Made by a program: the position numbers and the translations under genes
Notes under the pieces: generated by a model
What the model was told of the DNA's origin: nothing
The model's database searches: none
The model's input: only the letters and a program-made list of their open reading frames with translations
Source: an uncultured euryarchaeote
GTDB lineage: Archaea; Thermoplasmatota; Poseidoniia; Poseidoniales; Poseidoniaceae
NCBI GenBank assembly: GCA_937899865.1
Contig: CALBRH010000005.1
Coordinates: 1-22,855 of the forward strand
Reading direction: 5' to 3'
DNA length: 22,855 bases
Shown here: positions 16,757 through 22,855 of the stretch, one piece after another
How the letters are laid out: each line of letters starts with the position of its first letter
Numbering within the stretch: position 1 is the first letter of the stretch

Positions 16757-18196
16757 ATGCAAGGAGTGCCACAAACCGGTTTATCTCCTGCTCCAAATAA
16801 TTTGTATCTATCACAAAAATCTTCACCGTGGAAAACTATTTTCTCGATGCTTACATCAGTAATGATTCTATTTTTCTTTGTCCAGATTTTTGTTGTTGTT
16901 GTTTTTGGTTTTGTGGATGGAGATATGGATGGGGATTTAGGGCCAATGGATCCTTTATTGGTTATTTTTGGCACTCTTTGCTCAACACCATTTTTGTTAT
17001 TTTTCCTATTGCTTCGCAAACCAAAACTTGCTCACATAGTAAGATTAGATTCAAGCAGTAATGGTAGTAATGCGCATTACATTACTCCAGGGACACTGAT
17101 TCAATCACCTACACCGACTATTTTACAGCATCACTTAATCCATAATACCGCACCACTTGAAATGCCAAGTGTCAAACAATTGTGGCTTATTTTCATCACA
17201 GGCACTATAATATCAAGCATTTGCATGCTACCGTTATTAGTTATGGGGATTAATTCTTTAACAATTCTATTATTCTTAATTATAGCACTACCGGCATGGA
17301 TTATCGGATTTTCAACTCCAGTATTCGCTTGGTGGTCGACTTCAAACGAATATTTTGGACTCAGTACTACAAGAAGACAAGGAGAATGGATGCTTATTGC
17401 GGGAATGTTGTCAACCTTACCAGCATTACTAATCAATTCTCTAATCTCTCCAATAATTATCAATTTACTTGGACTATCTGTCACTAATGAATATAGTCTA
17501 GGTTATGGAATGATACTATTCCTTTCTGCACCAATTGGCGAAGAAATATCAAAAGCGTTGGCAGTTCTATTTCTTGCCAGATTTATTGATTCCCCTAAAC
17601 GAGGTTTCCAAATTGGTTTTTCTGTTGGATTGGGTTTTGCATTACTTGAAAATATGATTTATATCTTGAGTTCAATATTGAATGGCGAAGGTGCCGCAAT
17701 AAGTTTCGTATTTACTGCTGTCCTAAGAGCGATTGGTTCAATTCCAGGTCACGCTACTTGGACTGCTATTTCGGGATATGCAATTGGCAAATACGTTATC
17801 AACAAACGGTGGCATATACGAAGTTTAGGAGTTTTTGATAAATCTAAAACTCAAAAAGAGAGTCAATGGATCTTATTCGATGGAAAATCTGGCCAACCAA
17901 TAATTTCTTCAAAGACTCAAAAATTACCACGTCTACCAAAATGGCTTTCTGCTGGTCAAGAAAAAATGGTAAGGATTACCAGTAATCCAATCAAAGCAGT
18001 AGCAATAGCAATCATTTGTCACGCGATTTGGAATGGCTCCTTATGGACTGTAGGCGTTCTTTTGAAAGATACTTCAGTAATAATTCAATTTTTGGTAAAT
18101 TTACTATTAATTGTAGTATTAATTGTATTGTTATGGTTTGTTCTGAGACGACTTATTCCATTTGCATTGCTGGAAAACACTCATCAACAACAATAA
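16757..18196 (+). CDS. PrsW family intramembrane glutamic/metallo-protease
   Basis: APIGEEISKA (EE..K motif); GFSVGLGFALLENMIY; R......GHATWT; CHAIWN; many TM helices. Confidence 0.9.
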   Translation: MQGVPQTGLSPAPNNLYLSQKSSPWKTIFSMLTSVMILFFFVQIFVVVVFGFVDGDMDGDLGPMDPLLVIFGTLCSTPFLLFFLLLRKPKLAHIVRLDSSSNGSNAHYITPGTLIQSPTPTILQHHLIHNTAPLEMPSVKQLWLIFITGTIISSICMLPLLVMGINSLTILLFLIIALPAWIIGFSTPVFAWWSTSNEYFGLSTTRRQGEWMLIAGMLSTLPALLINSLISPIIINLLGLSVTNEYSLGYGMILFLSAPIGEEISKALAVLFLARFIDSPKRGFQIGFSVGLGFALLENMIYILSSILNGEGAAISFVFTAVLRAIGSIPGHATWTAISGYAIGKYVINKRWHIRSLGVFDKSKTQKESQWILFDGKSGQPIISSKTQKLPRLPKWLSAGQEKMVRITSNPIKAVAIAIICHAIWNGSLWTVGVLLKDTSVIIQFLVNLLLIVVLIVLLWFVLRRLIPFALLENTHQQQ

Positions 18197-18255
18197 GCAC
18201 CCTACACTCGTAATATATAGGGAAGCAAATTTAAGTTAGTCGTCGTCGAGTAGGT

Positions 18256-19026
18256 TTGGGGAAAACCATGGATTACCTGCTCGAAGGTATCAATCAAGGC
18301 AACTTGATTATCACTTCTATCGTGATGTTGGTATTGGTAATATCCTCAACTAAAGCTCGATTTTTGGATACTGCAGGAGTTGCTGCTGCTGCATTTATTG
18401 GTCTTCTGGTAGGTTTACTGGGTCACTGGAGTTGGCTACTAATTCTACTCTCATTCTTGGTTTTTTCACATTTAGCAACCAAATGGAAGTTTGAAGAGAA
18501 AAAATCTAGAAATATGGCGGAAAGTGATGATGGACACCGTGGCTGGGTGAATGTTTTTGCTAATGGTGGCATTCCAGCATTAATTGCTACAATTGCATTC
18601 TTAAATGAAGAATGGGAATATGGTTTATGGATGTTCGGAGCAGCAGTTTCTGTTGCTGCAGCAGATACATTTGCTAGTGAATTTGGTTGCTTAGACGATA
18701 ATGTTAGAATGATTACCACGTTTAAAAAATGTGAGCCTGGGATCAATGGAGGATATTCAAAAACCGGACAACTCGCTGCTTTTTGTGGAGCTTTAATTAT
18801 TGGATTGATGACATTTAGTGCATGGTATGTAACAAATTTGGATGAACCAATGAGTGGTGGAATATCATTGATGTTTGCAGTAATTATAATTGGCTGGATT
18901 GGTTGCCAAATTGATAGTTTCTTGGGTGCTTGGTTTGAGAACAGAGGATATCTAACTAAGGGTGGAGTAAATACCCTTGCTATAACATCAGGAATGTTGA
19001 TTATGTTTGCTTGGCTTAATTATTGA
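18256..19026 (+). CDS. DUF92 / TMEM19 family membrane protein
   Basis: LD..G...A..IG; ATKWKFEEK; GHRGWVNVFANG; VAAADTFASEFG; RMITTFKKCEPGINGGYS..G; GCQIDSFLGA; GGVNTLA. The start is either TTG 18256 or ATG 18268. Confidence 0.92.
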   Translation: MGKTMDYLLEGINQGNLIITSIVMLVLVISSTKARFLDTAGVAAAAFIGLLVGLLGHWSWLLILLSFLVFSHLATKWKFEEKKSRNMAESDDGHRGWVNVFANGGIPALIATIAFLNEEWEYGLWMFGAAVSVAAADTFASEFGCLDDNVRMITTFKKCEPGINGGYSKTGQLAAFCGALIIGLMTFSAWYVTNLDEPMSGGISLMFAVIIIGWIGCQIDSFLGAWFENRGYLTKGGVNTLAITSGMLIMFAWLNY

Positions 19027-19046
19027 TAATTAACCAAATAGCAGAT

Positions 19047-19053
19047 ACTTATT
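19047..19053 (+). promoter_or_regulatory. TATA-like box (ACTTATT) of the 19078 gene
   Basis: Lies 25-31 nt upstream of the ATG at 19078. Confidence 0.4.
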
Positions 19054-19077
19054 CAACTAATACCAACTCGAACAAGC

Positions 19078-21399
19078 ATGGCCAACCGGGGAATTAGCAT
19101 TGTCTTGCTGATTTTACTGATTGGAGTCATTGCATCTTCAACTGTAGAAGCACAAGATGATTCATATAAACCAGGCTACATAGACTGGCAAGTAAAGCCT
19201 GTTGAACAATTATTTGTTGAAGGAATGACCGAAGATACTGCTGTTCTTCAAAGAGAAAGACCTGACCAAACCGAAGGGGGCATGAGTCTTGATCCATTAT
19301 TTAACGGCGAAATATTTACGATTCAAAGCGAACCTGTTCAAACTGCTTTTTCTCAAGCAGTGAAAATGAGTGTGTTTTTTTCTGTCTATCTTGATGACAA
19401 TGTCGGCCCTGAAACTTGTTTTAGACAACAAACAACGTCTTTGGGAACCTCTGACGCAAGTACAACTCTAACTTACACCGTAAATCTTGGCGGTGAACAA
19501 ATTTATCAAGAATCAGTCACCTATGTCGTTGATGAAATCACTTCTGGTCAAGCAATAAATTTCTCAGGAGCTGAAAATGAAATCAATATTACTGCCAATC
19601 AAGGAGATGTCTTCACATTGTCATTGAGTGCAGTACACAACTGTATTGGTTCAAGCGTTATGGTTCAATGGGGTGGAGGTCCTGAATCACAGAATTCAGG
19701 AGGAATCATCATGGAAGGTGTCCTCTATCAGCCAGAGATGCGTATGATATTGGATGAGTCAAATATTGCTCATATCGAATTTGAACCATTAATGCCATGG
19801 GGTGAATCAGACATTAAGGAAATTAAATGGGAAATTTGGGGTCCTCTAAAAGACTACGAAAAGATTTCATTATCCAATGACAACAAAATGGAAGACTCTA
19901 CGGGTAAAACAATGACTGTAAGAGAGATTAGCGACAATAAGTCTATTTGGACATGGTCTGGTAAGAAAGTACTTACTAATGGCGAGTCGAACTTACAAAT
20001 GTGTGTAAGAACTGTATATGGGGATTTGAATAGTGAATGTCATGCATTTGGTATTTTACGATTTGAAGTAGTTTCAGAAGATAGCGGATTTTTAAACGCA
20101 AAATTATTTTTAACACTATCAGCATTTATTGCTCTTCTTGCATTCGTAGGTAATGCATTTAATCAAGGATTAATGATTCCTATACCAATACTTAGCGCTC
20201 TAGCCGTTATGATGTTGTTATTTGTTCCAACAGCATTTAGTCAAAACAACCTTGGTGCCGATGCTGCAATTTACGAAAATACAAGAATACCCAATGCAGA
20301 ACTCTATGATGAGAATGGTGAGTCTTTCTCTATTACTGATTTATTCGATGGAAAAGATGCACTGATAATCGGTGTTGGATTGCCTGCTTCAGAAAATCTA
20401 ATTGAGCAATCTAATCAGTTTAATGAAACATTAGATCGATATGGAGATGACGTCGCCGTTATTCATGTCTTGTCGGGATTAGAACCAATGGCATCAGACA
20501 TTACACAAATGCGACAACAACTGAATACATCATGGCCTATATTGATTGACAAAGATGAACAATTTGCTTCTACATTACCGGATGGAGTCTCAGATTCTGT
20601 AGTTATTGTTGACAAGGCAATGCATGTAACATATTCCAAAACACCCGTAGCTTATGCAGATGATATAATTGAAGCAATAGATGAAATCCCGGCAGGAGGC
20701 TCACAAAACCTTGGTGCTTACTTTGCTATGCTGATTGGACCCGGATTATTCCTCTTCTTCATCGCACTACCAAGAGAGGGTTGGACTCCGCCAGATGAAC
20801 CAGTTCCACCTGGTTCATTGTGGGCTTCTATCATAGGGGCTGGAGCGGCTGGAATTCTACTTGTCAATTTACCAACATTGATTGCCACATTATTACCCAT
20901 TGGTTCAGGTCTACTTTTCTATCTAGATATCGTAATGATGCTATGGTTTGTGGAAATGGCGTTCTTTACCGCCAAGAATGGCAAACCATTCGAAGCGGCG
21001 GTTTTAGCCAAACTAATTCATGGACTATATCCTAAACATTTCCAAGACTGGCGACCATTGGAAGATATGGAAAGAGATTTACTGATTGGTATATGGTTCG
21101 GTTGGTTCGGCCTACTAGCCTTCCCTGCATTATTCCCGCAGGCTGTTGGAGCTGCTTTCCTAAGTGGCTTTGGTGGAATAATTAGATCTGTGATTTCACT
21201 TGTTCTGATTCTTGTTTTGGGCGGGTTAGCGGTACTATCTCTTAGGTTGATTGCCGCCGTTGGAGGGCCTATCTCTCGATTGTTTGGTAGGTTTGGGGCC
21301 GAGTCATTCACTCAATTTGTTGGATGGTTAATTCTACCATTAGCAATTTGGGTAACAATTAATTCTGTCCTCGCAAGCATAAATGCTGGACTGTTGTAG
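19078..21399 (+). CDS. Large secreted/membrane protein with a redoxin (AhpC/TSA-like, thioredoxin-fold) domain lacking CxxC and a C-terminal multi-TM region
   Basis: Signal peptide (…STVEA-Q); about 300 aa acidic beta-rich region; 2 TM helices; IPNAELYDENGESFSITDL...WPILIDKD..FA..L.....SVVIVDK redoxin-like signature; about 6 further TM helices. Confidence 0.7.
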   Translation: MANRGISIVLLILLIGVIASSTVEAQDDSYKPGYIDWQVKPVEQLFVEGMTEDTAVLQRERPDQTEGGMSLDPLFNGEIFTIQSEPVQTAFSQAVKMSVFFSVYLDDNVGPETCFRQQTTSLGTSDASTTLTYTVNLGGEQIYQESVTYVVDEITSGQAINFSGAENEINITANQGDVFTLSLSAVHNCIGSSVMVQWGGGPESQNSGGIIMEGVLYQPEMRMILDESNIAHIEFEPLMPWGESDIKEIKWEIWGPLKDYEKISLSNDNKMEDSTGKTMTVREISDNKSIWTWSGKKVLTNGESNLQMCVRTVYGDLNSECHAFGILRFEVVSEDSGFLNAKLFLTLSAFIALLAFVGNAFNQGLMIPIPILSALAVMMLLFVPTAFSQNNLGADAAIYENTRIPNAELYDENGESFSITDLFDGKDALIIGVGLPASENLIEQSNQFNETLDRYGDDVAVIHVLSGLEPMASDITQMRQQLNTSWPILIDKDEQFASTLPDGVSDSVVIVDKAMHVTYSKTPVAYADDIIEAIDEIPAGGSQNLGAYFAMLIGPGLFLFFIALPREGWTPPDEPVPPGSLWASIIGAGAAGILLVNLPTLIATLLPIGSGLLFYLDIVMMLWFVEMAFFTAKNGKPFEAAVLAKLIHGLYPKHFQDWRPLEDMERDLLIGIWFGWFGLLAFPALFPQAVGAAFLSGFGGIIRSVISLVLILVLGGLAVLSLRLIAAVGGPISRLFGRFGAESFTQFVGWLILPLAIWVTINSVLASINAGLL

Positions 21400-21555
21400 T
21401 GATGCAAAGGGTAGCGTTTTATATGACCCACTGCAACCCCATTAGTTTGTATAATCTGAATACAAGGGTATTACGCACTAACCCACTAATTGATATCTAA
21501 AACAATTAGATTATCGTTTGATTCAGTAATACATTGTTGAATAGTATATAAGTGG

Positions 21556-21584
21556 GGGGCGAAACCTTGCGCCTTGATTTTTTT
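21556..21584 (+). terminator. GC hairpin followed by a T7 tract
   Basis: GGCG(21558-21561)/CGCC(21570-21573) stem, extendable by G-U pairs, followed by TTTTTTT at 21578-21584. It lies in the convergent intergenic region. Confidence 0.3.
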
Positions 21585-21659
21585 AACGGAGATAGTGAAA
21601 TTATCTTTCTTTAACGATTTCAAAAATTAAGTTCTAAATAAAAAGTTATTTTTTTAAAT

Positions 21660-22040
21660 CTAAATTGAATTAGGATTTTCTTTTATTTTCTCTATTGAAC
21701 TTTCACAATAAAATCTTAAATCAGAGTGAAGTTCAAAGTCACCATCTGATTCTTTCAGCACTTTGTCAAGCGCTTCAATGACTAGTTCCTGCGCGGAAGC
21801 ATCGTTAACTTCACCGAGAATCTCAATCGCTGTGAGTCGAAAATTATGCTCATATTGTTCTTCAAGATATTGAATTTGTGTAATTATTGGTTTTCTTCTA
21901 ATGAATTCTGTTATTGCCTCATGGGCCATTTTATTGACACTATATGAGTCTGAATATAATTGATTACAAAGCGGATCAATTGCTCGTTCGTCGCCAACTT
22001 CCACTAGCGCATTTGCAGCTCTCTTACGAATTGCATTTGG
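21660..22040 (-). CDS. C-terminal fragment of a HEAT / PBS-lyase-like repeat protein (cellular-type)
   Basis: IRKRAANALVEVGDERAIDPL...V...A.EAI and FRLTAIEILGEV.D..A...VIEAL are typical HEAT_2 repeats. The segment is acidic, unlike the upstream part of the same ORF. Confidence 0.7.
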   Translation of the reverse strand, partial: PNAIRKRAANALVEVGDERAIDPLCNQLYSDSYSVNKMAHEAITEFIRRKPIITQIQYLEEQYEHNFRLTAIEILGEVNDASAQELVIEALDKVLKESDGDFELHSDLRFYCESSIEKIKENPNSI

Positions 22041-22855
22041 AGTCACGTTAATCATCTTCTCATCAAGTTGTTCACCATCATGATTCAACTCATCACCAGC
22101 CTTGACACAACGGTTATATGTTTTACCAAATAGTTTTTGAGTTCCCGCTTTCTTATATCCTTTCCAACATTTCTTACCAGCTTCGTTTAACTCAATCATA
22201 CCAGCAGCTTCAAGTGCTGCAACTTGCATTGGTGAGAATCCTTCTTTCTTTGTCTTATTACCCCAGTTTTTTGCACCAACTTTACGACACTTTACAAGAG
22301 CACCAGAAGCATAAGCAGAAGGCCAAACATCATAACGTGCTTTCACCTTATGATAACAAGCATCTTTCTTGCCACTACCCTTGCCTTTCTTGTCTTTAGC
22401 TTCATTCACAAATTCATCATTGATAACTCCTTTTGTTTTTACACCACGTTTTGACTGATGATCTTTTTGTCTTTGTAATTGTTCCTTACCTGATATTGAA
22501 GTTGAACCAAAAGCATCCATATCTCTTCTTACTTTAACCTTTCTATCACCCATGACTTTTTTACTCATGCCAGTTTTGTACAGTCCACCACCTTTTATTG
22601 GTTCTGCATCTTTTCTAAGTTTATCATCGATTTTAGCTTCATCGACCAATTTATTTCTATTAAAATAATTCTCTTTCATTTTTCTTTTTGGATCAGTAGA
22701 AACATTAGTTGGTTTTGCTGCACCTGACTTCTGTGGTTGATTTGGATCAGCAGCTCTCTTTCTTCTTGCAGCACTATCTCTTTCACTCTTACTCATCGAC
22801 CTTCTCTTGGAAGATGACACACACTTAGGAGTTGATTTCTGGCCAGGTTGTCTTG
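22041..22855 (-). other. Fragment of a T4-like marine (cyano)myophage hypothetical gene, open at the window edge and fused in frame to the HEAT fragment
   Basis: The frame is open to base 22855 (RQPGQKSTPKCVSSSKRRSM...). It carries Lys-rich modules KKDACYHKVKARYDVWPSAYASGALVKCRK and KKCWKGYKKAGTQKLFGKTYNRCVK, which I recognise from cyanophage hypothetical proteins (recalled, not searched). Confidence 0.75.

Noticed and set aside
16594-17019. 141-aa minus-strand ORF
   Set aside because: It overlaps the PrsW gene and runs antisense across the C/D sRNA, with no protein motif.
2002-21311. Short opposite-strand or nested ORFs in the ORF track (e.g. 2180-2542, 3291-3629, 8786-9076, 12146-12544, 12761-13159, 14305-14607, 17131-17484, 18423-18746, 21018-21311)
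   Set aside because: They are shadows of well-supported genes, have no recognisable motifs, and show the Ser/Ile/Asn-rich bias typical of antisense frames.
21399-21458. Second box C/D sRNA (GTGATGC ... CTGA)
   Set aside because: Box C is imperfect, there are no convincing D'/C' boxes, and there is no terminal stem.
21402-21500. 32-codon ORF (MQRVAFYMTHCNPISLYNLNTRVLRTNPLIDI) after the 19078-21399 gene
   Set aside because: Too short, with no motif or RBS, and expected by chance. It cannot be supported without conservation data.
21474-21515. Xer/dif site suggested by TGATATCTAAA
   Set aside because: There is no matching second 11-bp arm at a 6-bp spacing.
22118-22399. 93-aa plus-strand ORF in the phage segment
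   Set aside because: It is an antisense shadow of the motif-bearing minus-strand phage ORF.
1-22855. CRISPR array, integrase/transposase or attL/attR direct repeat
   Set aside because: I saw no regularly spaced repeats, no recombinase motifs and no second copy of the tRNA 3' end on reading the sequence.

Overview
AT-rich archaeal DNA, most consistent with Marine Group II Euryarchaeota (Ca. Poseidoniales). This is an inference from the archaeal-style tRNA, TATA-like boxes about 25-30 nt upstream of start codons, GGTGA/GGAGG ribosome-binding sites and the gene content. The window has three parts. (1) Bases 1-7.6 kb: the 3' end of tRNA-Ala(GGC), followed by an island-like putative lipid or small-molecule biosynthetic cluster. 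It holds a JmjC Fe/2OG oxygenase, an operon (OleA/FabH-like ketosynthase, a truncated non-catalytic ketosynthase partner, a polytopic membrane protein carrying both PmoC/AmoC-type copper-site motifs, and a second membrane protein), an ATP-grasp ligase and a divergent Fem/GNAT-like transferase. (2) Bases 7.6-21.4 kb: mostly housekeeping genes (Old Yellow Enzyme, Fe-S (6-4) photolyase, MMPL transporter, MsrA, P5C dehydrogenase, PrsW protease, DUF92 protein). This part also has an unusual Tudor/calmodulin-like multidomain protein and a box C/D guide sRNA missed by the ORF track, whose D guide matches the 23S rRNA A-loop. (3) Bases 21.66-22.86 kb: an ORF in which T4-like marine phage sequence is joined in frame to a cellular HEAT-repeat fragment, most likely an assembly or amplification chimera. 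No database searches were run; family assignments rest on motifs read from the sequence and on recalled family consensus.
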